In this document: piece by piece, positions 17,555 through 26,826 of the stretch
Layout of the letters: the number at the start of each line of letters is the position of its first letter
Numbering within the stretch: position 1 is the first letter of the stretch
Assembly (NCBI GenBank): GCA_023453665.1
Contig: JAEXTA010000089.1
Coordinates: 64,846-128,845 of the forward strand
From: Bacteroidota bacterium
GTDB taxonomy: Bacteria > Bacteroidota > Ignavibacteria > Ignavibacteriales > Ignavibacteriaceae
Length of the DNA stretch: 64,000 nt
Reading direction: 5' to 3'
The notes under the pieces: generated by a model
Seen by the model: the letters and a program-made list of their open reading frames with translations, nothing else
Databases searched by the model: none
Told to the model about the DNA's origin: nothing
Made by a program: the position numbers and the translations under genes

Positions 17555-19405
17555 ATGAAAAAGTTATTGTTACTGTTAGTCCTTTGTTTCATACCCGCTG
17601 CGTATTCACAGACAAGTATTGATTTCACTAATTTTAACAGTTCATCTGCAAACGGCTGGATGATGGCTAACGGTTCCCAGCCCAATAAATGGGTAATAGG
17701 AGGTGCGGCAAGTTATTACGATTTTTTTTCCCGTTCCGGCGCTTATATAAGTAATGATATGGGAACGACGTATGGTTACGTTGACGATACTACCGCGATT
17801 GTTCATTTTTACAAAGACATTGCAATAAATGCTGTGACAAAAGATATGATGCTTACATTTAAACTTATGTGTCCTGGTGAAGAGGGCAATGATTACCTGA
17901 CCGTGCATGTTGTTTCATCGTCGATAACACCGCAGGCAGGTGTTGAGTTGACAGAAGGTTTGGTGGGAAAATCGGAATACAGCGGTGATGACTACTGGAG
18001 AGGTTATTCTATAAATCTTAAAAGAGATCTTTACACAGAAAATTTTATGAGAATTGTTTTTACATGGAAGAATGACAACAACGGATCAGGAACTAATCCG
18101 GCGGCATTGGATGAAATCAGACTATCTGAACTAAGTATGAATTATGATACTTTTCTTCCCAAAATTAATCTGCCAAGCGGACGATATTACGGCGGCTCGT
18201 TGATGAGCGGTTATTCAACATATTTTGTCGGCGGCGATGTCGGTGGTCCGCCAACACAGCAGGCAGTTGAAATTGATTACGGCGGACAGGCAGGTAAAGA
18301 TCTTCCTCAAATCACAGAAGCCGTAAGATTAAATGAACTTACAAAAATGAACGGAAAGATTTTCAGCATTGGAGGATTTAATACCGGCGCTACTGATCCT
18401 ACAGATGAAATTTATTCCCTGGACTTAAAAACTTTTCAATGGAACCCGGAAAATCCTTACCCGAAAAAAATATTCTACCATCGTGTTGCCACTTACGATT
18501 GGAAGGCAATGTATTCAATCGGCGGATCTGACGAAACAAATCAGCTTCTGAATAGCGTTTACTACAAATTAGCGGCTGGTATAAATTGGGAAGAAGCAAC
18601 ACCTCTCCCCGGCGATGGTCGGGCAGACGGCGGATTGGCAATTCTTGATCGCGAAAATAAAATTTTTTACGTCGGCGGATTTACAAACTCATTTGATTTT
18701 CAAAGACAGGTTGACAGCGTTTTTATCGGGACAATTGATACAGCAAATCCCGGTGTTATAACATGGACAACAGGAACAAGTTTTCCGGGCGGACCACGTG
18801 CAAGGCTACGCGCATTTCCGTGGGGCAGAGATAAAGTTATAGTTGTTGGAGGAACGGATGGGGGGAATTTCAACACCTCAACAATTTTTAATGATGTATG
18901 GGAATACGATCTGTCCGAAGATCAATGGACGCTGCTTGGTAATATGCCGCTTGCATTGTGTGCTTATATGGGCGGGACAGAAAGATTATCCGGAGGATTG
19001 TGGGCAATGTATTTCGGCGGAGGAATTAAACCCGGTCCCGCGATTTCAAATACTACCTATGCTTACTTTGATACAGTACAAACTCCGACATCAGTTGAAG
19101 ACAATGAAACAGTTGTGAATGATTATTTTCTTTCACAAAACTATCCAAACCCCTTCAACCCAACAACAAAAATAAAGTTTACAATACCAGCCGTAGAGAC
19201 GAGGCACGCCTCGTCTCAACACGCCGTAAGCCTAAAAGTCTTCGACATACTCGGCAATGAAGTTGCTACTCTAGTAAACGAAACAAAACCATCCGGCACT
19301 TACGAAGTTGAGTTCAATGCGGAAGGATTATCAAGCGGTGTTTATTTCTATCAGTTAAAAGCAGGTAGCTTTATTTCAACAAAAAAACTTTTACTGCTGA
19401 AATAA
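17555..19405 (+). CDS. T9SS-sorted protein: MAM/choice-of-anchor-J-like N-domain + Kelch-like repeats + type-A CTD
   Basis: ATG at 17555 after GAGG (the track uses GTG at 17549). Signal peptide present. Repeated GG..G motifs (IFSIGGFN, YSIGGSD, FYVGGFT, VIVVGGTDG) typical of Kelch blades. C-terminal NYPNPFNPTTKIKF...KKLLLLK. Confidence 0.8.
   Translation: MKKLLLLLVLCFIPAAYSQTSIDFTNFNSSSANGWMMANGSQPNKWVIGGAASYYDFFSRSGAYISNDMGTTYGYVDDTTAIVHFYKDIAINAVTKDMMLTFKLMCPGEEGNDYLTVHVVSSSITPQAGVELTEGLVGKSEYSGDDYWRGYSINLKRDLYTENFMRIVFTWKNDNNGSGTNPAALDEIRLSELSMNYDTFLPKINLPSGRYYGGSLMSGYSTYFVGGDVGGPPTQQAVEIDYGGQAGKDLPQITEAVRLNELTKMNGKIFSIGGFNTGATDPTDEIYSLDLKTFQWNPENPYPKKIFYHRVATYDWKAMYSIGGSDETNQLLNSVYYKLAAGINWEEATPLPGDGRADGGLAILDRENKIFYVGGFTNSFDFQRQVDSVFIGTIDTANPGVITWTTGTSFPGGPRARLRAFPWGRDKVIVVGGTDGGNFNTSTIFNDVWEYDLSEDQWTLLGNMPLALCAYMGGTERLSGGLWAMYFGGGIKPGPAISNTTYAYFDTVQTPTSVEDNETVVNDYFLSQNYPNPFNPTTKIKFTIPAVETRHASSQHAVSLKVFDILGNEVATLVNETKPSGTYEVEFNAEGLSSGVYFYQLKAGSFISTKKLLLLK
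19193..19220. repeat. In-frame palindromic element (GTAGAGAC family) inside the T9SS CTD coding sequence
   Basis: GAGACGAGGC-AC-GCCTCGTCTC is a perfect 10-bp inverted repeat at 19196-19217. It encodes ETRHASS in the CTD loop. Confidence 0.8.
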
Positions 19406-19441
19406 ATTTTATTGGATTAACTTTCTCTTTAAACTAAAAAA

Positions 19442-19485
19442 ATGTCAGTCTTCAATCCCAAACAACCGGGAGCGCAGACTGACAT
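19442..19485. terminator. Hairpin between convergent genes (possible bidirectional terminator)
   Basis: 10-bp stem ATGTCAGTCT / AGACTGACAT with a 24-nt loop, between the stops of the 17555..19405 (+) and 19507..19878 (-) genes. The large loop lowers confidence. Confidence 0.5.
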
Positions 19486-19506
19486 CATTATTAAACAGAC
19501 AAGTTT

Positions 19507-19878
19507 TTATTTAGGCGAATGGAATGCCATGTTGTTTCCTTCACAGTCAATGAAGAAAGCCATATAACCAATATCATCATTTATTTTAGTTTTGGGCATT
19601 GTAATTTTTCCTCCGGCTTTTTCCACTTTACCGAGAGGAACACTAAGATCCTCGCCGCCATTTAAATAAAGTTTTGGTCCGTCCATTGTCGGTTTGTAAC
19701 CTTCGCCCTGGCACAGTGAACCACTTACTTCCTTTGGATCTTCCATAGGAAAGAAAGCCATTTTAATACCGTACATTTCAACGTGCTGAAATTCACCGCC
19801 GATTACATCGGTGTAAAACTTTACCGCGCGATCCATATTTGTTACCGGGATCTCTACCCAATTAATTAAGTTAGCCAT
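19507..19878 (-). CDS. VOC family protein (glyoxalase/bleomycin-resistance fold)
   Basis: N-terminus MANLINWVEIPVTNMDRAVKFYTDVIGGEF is typical of small VOC proteins, and the size (123 aa) fits. Confidence 0.8.
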   Translation of the reverse strand: MANLINWVEIPVTNMDRAVKFYTDVIGGEFQHVEMYGIKMAFFPMEDPKEVSGSLCQGEGYKPTMDGPKLYLNGGEDLSVPLGKVEKAGGKITMPKTKINDDIGYMAFFIDCEGNNMAFHSPK

Positions 19879-20046
19879 CTGTGTCTCCTGAAATTTAGTT
19901 AATAAAAATTTTGGGCAGGCAGAATAGTAAATAATTTTTATTCCCGGCTAATACTTTTTGTAATGGTCAATAAAATTGATAAAAGGTTGAATCGATAAAA
20001 GAATTTTTTTGACTGTGTTCATCAATTCAACCTTAAGAATGAAAGT

Positions 20047-21696
20047 CTATTTCATCAGTATCATTTTTTTAGTCTGATTGAATTGACCGGATTTTAAAGT
20101 ATAAAAGTATAATCCGCTTGATAATTCATTCGCACTAAAATTGACTTCATAACTTCCGGGGCTTTTTTCTCCATTAACCAGGGTAACAATTTCTTTACCA
20201 AGCACATCGTAAACACGCAATGTTACCCACGCCCGGGACACATAGTATCCGTCCCCAACAGTGTATCGAATTTTTGTATTTGGATTGAATGGATTAGGGT
20301 AATTTTGTTCAAGTGAAAAACTTTTTACAAAGAAATCTTCCTCATCAACATTTGTTGTTGCTGTTAATTTAACAGCCATTAAATCCTGGTTCCCGTTTGT
20401 ACCTTCCCCATCCCCAGATGCATATACATTCCCAACTCCATCAATCCACATTGCAAATGCTCTTGATGATTCGTTTATATCATAAGCATATTCCCATTGA
20501 TAATTTCCTGATGAGTTATACTTTACAACAGTAAATACAAAGTTTGAACCAGTCCGGTTGCTTTCGCCGCAAACATAAATATTTCCATCTGCATCAAGAT
20601 TAATTGCAAGGGGATCATCATCAAGATTATTCGGACCATCATAATATGATACCCACTGCTGTACTCCGGAACTATTATATTTTACGATTGCGAAATCATT
20701 GTACCCGCTTCCTGAGGCCCTTCTTGTTCTTCCGGTTACAAATACATTTCCACTTTCATCTAACACCATATCTTCGGGAATATCCTGAGCATTATTTTCA
20801 TTGAACTCTGATCGCCATAAGACTTGTCCGGCAGCATTTATTTTTAGTGTTGCATAGTCTGTTCCGCTGTTTGTGTTTTGAATTCTGCATAACGCATAAA
20901 TATTTCCCTCATCATCCAGATCAAGATCAATTGCAAATTCATTAAGACTGTTATTAGTTCCATTAACACTAACTGTCCAGACGGTATCAAGAGACGAATT
21001 GTATTTGATAATTACCACTTCCTCTCCGTTTGTTAATCCGCTGAAACTATGTCCTGCGGAAAATATATTCCCGTTATTATCAGCGATTATATTTGTTCCG
21101 TCATCACTTGCATTAGTCACCTGTCCGAAATAATGCCAGTCAAGGATGTTGCCGTTTGCATCCATTTTTATTGTTGCCATATCATAGTAACCGTTATTTA
21201 AAGGTGAAAGTCTTCCTGTTACATAAACGTTACCATTTTCATCGGCAAAAACATCATAGGCTTCACCATCTGAAGTACCGGAAGAATCAAAAGCACATAT
21301 CCACTGCAGCACACCGGTTGAAGAATATTTAAGAGTTACGATTTTACTTGCAACCGAAGTCCAGTCACTTGTTCCGGTTACATAAACATTGCCGGAGTTA
21401 TCAACACAAATACCATAAGGACGGTCAGTTCTGTTTTGCGGACCATTGTAAATAGCTGTCCATTCGGCATTTCCTGATATGTTACATTTAACAGTGATTA
21501 AATCAGAACCTTGTCCTCCCTGTGTAAAATATCCGTATCCCGTTATATAAGCATTGCCTGAATTATCATACACAACACGTTCTGCTGTCTCGGGTACATT
21601 TCCGGGAGCTGTAAAAAAACTCATCCATTGCGGTGCGATTTGTGCAAAGAGTATTGGCGGACAACAAAGCAGAACAAACAGTATCACTGCTTTCAT
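20047..21696 (-). CDS. T9SS-sorted SBBP-repeat beta-propeller protein
   Basis: Signal peptide. Many D.SGN.YVTG / D..GN.Y..G repeats (SBBP-type). C-terminal NYPNPFNPNTKIRY...KKMILMK. Confidence 0.8.
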   Translation of the reverse strand: MKAVILFVLLCCPPILFAQIAPQWMSFFTAPGNVPETAERVVYDNSGNAYITGYGYFTQGGQGSDLITVKCNISGNAEWTAIYNGPQNRTDRPYGICVDNSGNVYVTGTSDWTSVASKIVTLKYSSTGVLQWICAFDSSGTSDGEAYDVFADENGNVYVTGRLSPLNNGYYDMATIKMDANGNILDWHYFGQVTNASDDGTNIIADNNGNIFSAGHSFSGLTNGEEVVIIKYNSSLDTVWTVSVNGTNNSLNEFAIDLDLDDEGNIYALCRIQNTNSGTDYATLKINAAGQVLWRSEFNENNAQDIPEDMVLDESGNVFVTGRTRRASGSGYNDFAIVKYNSSGVQQWVSYYDGPNNLDDDPLAINLDADGNIYVCGESNRTGSNFVFTVVKYNSSGNYQWEYAYDINESSRAFAMWIDGVGNVYASGDGEGTNGNQDLMAVKLTATTNVDEEDFFVKSFSLEQNYPNPFNPNTKIRYTVGDGYYVSRAWVTLRVYDVLGKEIVTLVNGEKSPGSYEVNFSANELSSGLYFYTLKSGQFNQTKKMILMK

Positions 21697-21857
21697 ATAC
21701 AGAATCTCCTATAAAAATATTTGTGATCTGGTTAAGTTTGCCGGCAGGGTGTTCATAATAATATTGCCGGACTAAAAGGAAGAAAAATTTATGTTGAACA
21801 TAGCGTTTTAAGGTTATTCTGTCAAGAGAACAACCGGCGGTAAACACGAATCACTTT

Positions 21858-22781
21858 TTATGATAACAACGAATAACTTATCAGAAGTTTTCCATCAGAT
21901 TGCCATTGAATCCAGCCTTCACCTTTTTTATTAAGGTCATCATCGTAAAGAATTACTTTTATCCAATTGTCTTTAACAAAAACAGGAGACATTATTGAAA
22001 CTTCTTCCATGTGAACTAAACCAGCATTTGACAGAGGTTTTACCCGGAGCGGATTAGTTTCAGGATAAAGATTTTCAACTGAAAAAACTTTTAATAAAAA
22101 TTCCTGCCACAAAATTATTTCTGCATCAGATGAAGATATCCATGCTGACAGTTCCGTTTCTTTATTTACTTCAACTTCAACCCAATCTTTAGAAAGTGTA
22201 ATGATTTTAAGATACAGAATTTCATAATCCATTTTTTGATGCTCAGGATAAAACCATGGCGGCGCATAACTTATATCATATTGATGATGGTCAGAGTGTG
22301 AAAAGACAATACTGTCAGATGGAAAATGTTCAGCGGCTGATTTTTCAAAAACGGGTTCAGGATAAAAATATAAAACTCTTTTGTTGAAGAAATCCGGCTT
22401 TGCCATACCGAGTCCCATTTCGTCATTTGATTTTTTCTGATTGACAAAACTGATCAATGGTTTTATTGATGCATAATTTATTTCTGAATTTCCACGATGA
22501 TCAAAAGCTGATGAGGCAGACATTACGCGGACTATTGTCCATCCAAAAAACAGCAGATTTATCACAGCAAGTACAATTATTAATTTTTTTAATACTTCTG
22601 GTTTTACTTTTTGAATCACCATAACTGATATGACAATTCCCACAACAAAACCTGCTATGCTGAAAAGAAATACTGCTGCCCCGCCGGCTAATCCGGCATC
22701 ACGCTGCAATGTAAGCCCGGCAATTGAAGCGCCAATAAAAATGCCGGTGATTGCGCTAAGAATTACAAAAAGAATTTTCAT
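21858..22781 (-). CDS. Membrane protein (three N-terminal TM segments + ~200-aa extracytoplasmic domain)
   Basis: Hydrophobic N-terminus. The start codon lies 1 nt after the stop of the upstream Ser/Thr kinase gene. Confidence 0.65.
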   Translation of the reverse strand: MKILFVILSAITGIFIGASIAGLTLQRDAGLAGGAAVFLFSIAGFVVGIVISVMVIQKVKPEVLKKLIIVLAVINLLFFGWTIVRVMSASSAFDHRGNSEINYASIKPLISFVNQKKSNDEMGLGMAKPDFFNKRVLYFYPEPVFEKSAAEHFPSDSIVFSHSDHHQYDISYAPPWFYPEHQKMDYEILYLKIITLSKDWVEVEVNKETELSAWISSSDAEIILWQEFLLKVFSVENLYPETNPLRVKPLSNAGLVHMEEVSIMSPVFVKDNWIKVILYDDDLNKKGEGWIQWQSDGKLLISYSLLS

Positions 22782-22782
22782 T

Positions 22783-25353
22783 TTATTCCAGAATTATTTT
22801 TGAATAATAATCTGCTTCTTTCTTTTTCCCCCATTCTTTATACAATTCAACAAGAGCGTCTAAAGCTTTTCGGGTATTTTCATGTTTGCTGCCCGAGATT
22901 TCAGCTAATCCCTCATAACAATTTTTAAGGTGATGTTCTGCTTCAGTAAACTTCTTTGCGGTAAGCAGGCATAATCCAAAATGAAATTGAGTTGTAAGCG
23001 TAAGATTATTTTTCTCGCCAAATTCTTTTTTTCTTATTTCATAAGCTCTCTTGAGATAAGATATACCTTCTTCAAACTTTCCGTTTCCTTCAAGCGCTCT
23101 GCCGTACCACATATACGAGCGGCTTAAATTGACATTATCTTCATCATAATTTTTTAAGCCTACATCCACCGAAGCTTTCATAAACTTTTCTGCTTTATCA
23201 TAAACCCCGATGTTGTGATATGTGCTTCCGACATTAGAATAGGCAAGTATAAGATCAGGATGATCTTGTCCCAAGACTTTTATTTTGATGTTAAGAGCTT
23301 CTTCAAGAAGTGGAATTGCTTTTTCATGTTCTTTTTTAAATATACTTATGAAAGCCAGATTGTTTATAACTCTCGATACCTGTATATGATAATTGCCATA
23401 ATGTTTTCTGAAAACTCTCAGCGCTTCCCGGTATAGTGAATCGGCTTCATCAAGTTTATCAAGATAGTTTAATGATGTTGCAAGATTATTTTTTATCTGC
23501 GCTACATCAGTGTCTTCGGGTCCTTTAATACTTTCACCAATAATCAGAGCTTCCCTGGTTATTTCCTCTGCCTGTTCGTATTCACCTTTATCTGTCATAA
23601 GTGAACCAATTGCATCAAGCAGCAGCGCTCTTTCAAATGTAGGTGCCGATTCAACCGTTCTCAGCATTTCAAGCGAGGTACTATAAAACTTTTCACTCTT
23701 TTCGAAATCACCTTCATAATGATAAACCAACCCGAGATTTTTCAAACTCATTGCTGTCTCTTTACTTCTTTCGCCGAATAGTTTTTTGTTAATCTCCAGA
23801 GCTTTATTCATTTCAGCTTCAGCAGAACTGTAGATACCAAGATTCTGATAAGTGTTGCCAAGCAGTGTTCTTATTTCGGCTTCAAGCTGCGGCAGTTCGG
23901 CAAGTTCAAATTCAAGTTTGCCAGACGCTTTGTTTAATACATCTATAACTTTTACTTCGCTGCCTTCCTGCTTGGGGTCCGGTGCGGATATCATTTCAAG
24001 CAGGAATGATTTAATCCTGTTTGATTTATCGGCTTCAAGTTTTGCAATATCTCTTTCTTTCGCAGCAAGATGTCCCTGCCAGAGTATTCCTGCCAGCCCG
24101 GCGTTTATCAAAACAAAAATTATTGCTGCCGGAATTACTGCTGTTTTATTTCTTTTAACAAATTTTTTAGCGCGGTAAGTAAATGAATCTTTATGCGCTG
24201 CAACGGGCAGATCATTCAAATATCTTTTTATGTCTTCAGCAAAATGTTCGATGGATGAATATCGTCGTTCGGGCTCTTTCCTGATTGACATCGAAATAAT
24301 ATTATCTAAATCACCTGCTAATTTTTTATGGAGTTTGTCAATATTACCTTCTCTGGTACTGCTGACGGATTCAGGATTAATTATGATTATTTCTTCATCT
24401 GATTTTTTTTCAATTGTCTGATAAATAATTTCACTTGGTTTTGCTGGTTCAGTCTGTGTAACAACTTTGCTTATGTCAGACTGAAGAATACTTTTTATTT
24501 TATATGGACTATGACCGGTTAAAAGTTTATACAGAATTATTCCGAGCGAATACACATCACTTGCTGTTGTTATTGCTTCTCCCTTTACTTGTTCGGGACT
24601 CGCATATTCAGGCGTTAAATTCCAGACCCCTTTGTGAGTTAGCATTTCATTTGCTTCACCCTCGGGAGTTAAAAATTTTGCAATACCGAAATCAAGAAGT
24701 TTGGGTTCGCCATCCTGCGTTACAAGTATGTTGTTTGGTTTTAAATCTCTGTGAACAACTAAATTATGATGTGCATACTGAACAACCGATGCAACTTTAA
24801 GAAACAGATTTAACCGTTCTTTAATATTTAATTTATGATTGTCGCAGTATTCATCGATAGGAATCCCTTCAATATATTCCATCACTAAAAACTGGATACC
24901 GTCATCAGTGATTCCGCCGTCAAGCAGTCTTGAAATATTCGGGTGATTTAGATTAGCTAAAGTCTGCCGTTCATTCTGAAATCTTTTTATAACAGTACTG
25001 GAAGCAGCGCCGGGATTAATAATTTTTATTGCGGCTTTTTGTTTTACCTCGTCATCACGAAAACCGAGATAAACCAAACCCATTCCGCCCTGTGCAATAA
25101 GTTTTTCAACTTTATATCTTCCGAAAAATTTACCTATAAAAAAGGCACTGTTCTCTTTTTCAGACTGATTTAAAAGATGTGCTGATTCCATAAATTTTTC
25201 AGATTTGTCGTGCGCGCTAAGTAAAGAGAGAACTTCTTTCTTTAATTCCGGATCACTGCAATTTTCATTAAGAAATGTTTCTCTTTCACTTTCAGTGAGT
25301 TCGTATGCTTTATAAAATATTGTTTTAAGGTCTGACCAGGTGTTTTTATCCAT
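22783..25353 (-). CDS. Membrane Ser/Thr protein kinase with C-terminal TPR domain
   Basis: Hanks kinase motifs (AIKII, HRDLKPNNIL, DFGIAK, TPEYASPEQ). Single TM (VIPAAIIFVLINAGLAGILW). About 420 aa of TPR repeats after the TM. The N-terminal ~55-aa helical segment is shared with the second kinase. Confidence 0.9.
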   Translation of the reverse strand: MDKNTWSDLKTIFYKAYELTESERETFLNENCSDPELKKEVLSLLSAHDKSEKFMESAHLLNQSEKENSAFFIGKFFGRYKVEKLIAQGGMGLVYLGFRDDEVKQKAAIKIINPGAASSTVIKRFQNERQTLANLNHPNISRLLDGGITDDGIQFLVMEYIEGIPIDEYCDNHKLNIKERLNLFLKVASVVQYAHHNLVVHRDLKPNNILVTQDGEPKLLDFGIAKFLTPEGEANEMLTHKGVWNLTPEYASPEQVKGEAITTASDVYSLGIILYKLLTGHSPYKIKSILQSDISKVVTQTEPAKPSEIIYQTIEKKSDEEIIIINPESVSSTREGNIDKLHKKLAGDLDNIISMSIRKEPERRYSSIEHFAEDIKRYLNDLPVAAHKDSFTYRAKKFVKRNKTAVIPAAIIFVLINAGLAGILWQGHLAAKERDIAKLEADKSNRIKSFLLEMISAPDPKQEGSEVKVIDVLNKASGKLEFELAELPQLEAEIRTLLGNTYQNLGIYSSAEAEMNKALEINKKLFGERSKETAMSLKNLGLVYHYEGDFEKSEKFYSTSLEMLRTVESAPTFERALLLDAIGSLMTDKGEYEQAEEITREALIIGESIKGPEDTDVAQIKNNLATSLNYLDKLDEADSLYREALRVFRKHYGNYHIQVSRVINNLAFISIFKKEHEKAIPLLEEALNIKIKVLGQDHPDLILAYSNVGSTYHNIGVYDKAEKFMKASVDVGLKNYDEDNVNLSRSYMWYGRALEGNGKFEEGISYLKRAYEIRKKEFGEKNNLTLTTQFHFGLCLLTAKKFTEAEHHLKNCYEGLAEISGSKHENTRKALDALVELYKEWGKKKEADYYSKIILE

Positions 25354-25546
25354 CGACTTCTGTCCTTAATGAACACTCTGCTGTTATTAAAAATGAATGA
25401 TAAAAGATCCGAACGGTGTAACAAGAATAAATATTTTAATTTTCATTTTAAAGGAGAATAATAAATAACTCAACATATTGCCTAGGTCATACTTTACTTA
25501 AAAAACAGCATCCCAGCAAAGCGGGATTTCTGATTAAGTGATCGCA

Positions 25547-26806
25547 TCACTTAATCATCAACATTTTTTTTGTTTCTTTAAAATCTCCGACTGTCATCTG
25601 GTAAAAGTAAATTCCGCTGGATAAGCCTGATGCATTCCATTCAATCTCATAAGTACCTTCAGATTTTTCTGCATTAACGAGAATGGCAATTTCATTACCC
25701 AAGACATCATATACTTTTAATGTTGTTTGTAGAGATGAGGCATGCCATGTCTCTACTACGGGAATTGTGTATTTGATCTTTGTGCTTGGGTTAAAAGGAT
25801 TCGGATAATTTTGTCCTAAATAAAAATCCACAGGCGAAGAATTATTTTCTTCAACAGAAGTAATATCGCTAGTTTTGCGTATCCAGATACCATAACCAGA
25901 ATTATTGACATCAGCAGCGGCAGCAACAATTAATCCCAAGTTAATATCCATAGCAGAAACAAATTGAAAAGGCGGAGTATTGCCCGGCAGGGCGTTTATT
26001 GATGTGCTGTCGGTATGAATTTTATACATTTCAGGAATCAAAGATCCGATAAACAAATATTCTCCATAGCTTTTAAATTCAGATGGATACCATGTGAAAG
26101 GTCCGATTCGTTCCCAGCTAGCTCCATCATTTGTACTTTGGAACATTGCACTGTAAGTCAAATAAAATAACCTGCCGTTAAGCTTTTCCAGTGAAGATAA
26201 AGTTGATGAACCCAAATTGCTTTCGGTGGGAGTCCATGTTAAACCAAAATCTTCAGATTTGTAAATAAGATTACCTGAAGAAACTAATAAACATGCAAAA
26301 AAATTATTCCCTGATCTCAAAAACTCACTGACGTTGGAATTTAAACTATCTATTGTTATTGCATTCCATGAAAAACCTTTATCAGTAGAGCGGTAAGACA
26401 TTGAATCAGCTCCGGCAAAAATATGATTTTCTGTTCTGTAAATCGTATTGATATTTTTGTCAGTAAGTTCTAATGTTAATTCATTCCAGGAAGTTCCATA
26501 GTTAGTTGAACTAAAAAGTCCGCTGTCGGTTGCCGCGTATATAAAAGTTGTATCCGGTTCTTTATAAGCAAATAAATCCCTAATAACTGATCCGTTTAAG
26601 CCGGACACAGCAACTTCCCAGCTTCCGCCAAGATTTGAAGTTCTGTATATAATTCCATTATCATACCCTGTTCCTGCAATAATAAAATCATCAACGTAAA
26701 CTAATGCGCCTACCTCTTCACCAGGTAAAGGATAATTTATTGAAGTCCATTGTGCCTTAATTGGTTTGACTATTAAAATTAACAAGAGTAAAAAAATATA
26801 TTTCAT
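25547..26806 (-). CDS. T9SS-sorted BNR/Asp-box beta-propeller protein
   Basis: Signal peptide. Five S/T.D/N.G.SW-type Asp-box motifs (SNLGGSWE, TNYGTSWN, TDKGFSWN, EDFGLTWT, TNDGASWE). C-terminal NYPNPFNPSTKIKY...KKMLMIK. Confidence 0.8.
   Translation of the reverse strand: MKYIFLLLLILIVKPIKAQWTSINYPLPGEEVGALVYVDDFIIAGTGYDNGIIYRTSNLGGSWEVAVSGLNGSVIRDLFAYKEPDTTFIYAATDSGLFSSTNYGTSWNELTLELTDKNINTIYRTENHIFAGADSMSYRSTDKGFSWNAITIDSLNSNVSEFLRSGNNFFACLLVSSGNLIYKSEDFGLTWTPTESNLGSSTLSSLEKLNGRLFYLTYSAMFQSTNDGASWERIGPFTWYPSEFKSYGEYLFIGSLIPEMYKIHTDSTSINALPGNTPPFQFVSAMDINLGLIVAAAADVNNSGYGIWIRKTSDITSVEENNSSPVDFYLGQNYPNPFNPSTKIKYTIPVVETWHASSLQTTLKVYDVLGNEIAILVNAEKSEGTYEIEWNASGLSSGIYFYQMTVGDFKETKKMLMIK
25729..25756. 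repeat. Degenerate GTAGAGAC-family palindrome inside the CTD coding sequence
   Basis: GTAGAGATGAGGCATGCCATGTCTCTAC. The outer 7 bp pair perfectly and the inner arms are degenerate. It encodes VETWHASSL at the same CTD loop position as 19193..19220. Confidence 0.6.
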
Positions 26807-26826
26807 TTTTGATCTTCTCAGTTTAT

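Noticed and set aside
19983-20034. 10-bp inverted repeat AAGGTTGAAT / ATTCAACCTT downstream of the SBBP gene as a terminator.
   Set aside because: The 32-nt loop and AT-rich stem make a stable terminator doubtful, so it is not listed as a feature.
21554-21847. ORFs 21554..21775 (+) and 21566..21847 (-) upstream of the SBBP gene.
   Set aside because: They overlap each other and the 5' end of 20047..21696 and have odd composition. The region is more likely a promoter or leader.
23215-24800. Four plus-strand ORFs (23215..23436, 23852..24178, 24230..24421, 24504..24800) inside the kinase gene.
   Set aside because: They are antisense shadows of a well-supported 856-aa kinase/TPR gene, with low-complexity translations and no start context. 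The same reasoning applies to 2055..2249, 7217..7405, 7849..8034, 9121..9473, 10120..10448, 13788..14027, 14697..14927, 16899..17189, 17642..17908, 18399..18641, 18843..19118, 20604..20804, 27033..27427, 28299..28541, 29288..29542, 31046..31279, 33120..33317, 33942..34133, 34179..34436, 35887..36084, 37255..37467, 38676..39238, 40397..41766, 43215..43415, 43699..44205, 45842..47422, 48988..49805, 51041..51338, 54874..55092, 56522..56779, 58387..59289 and 62355..63215.
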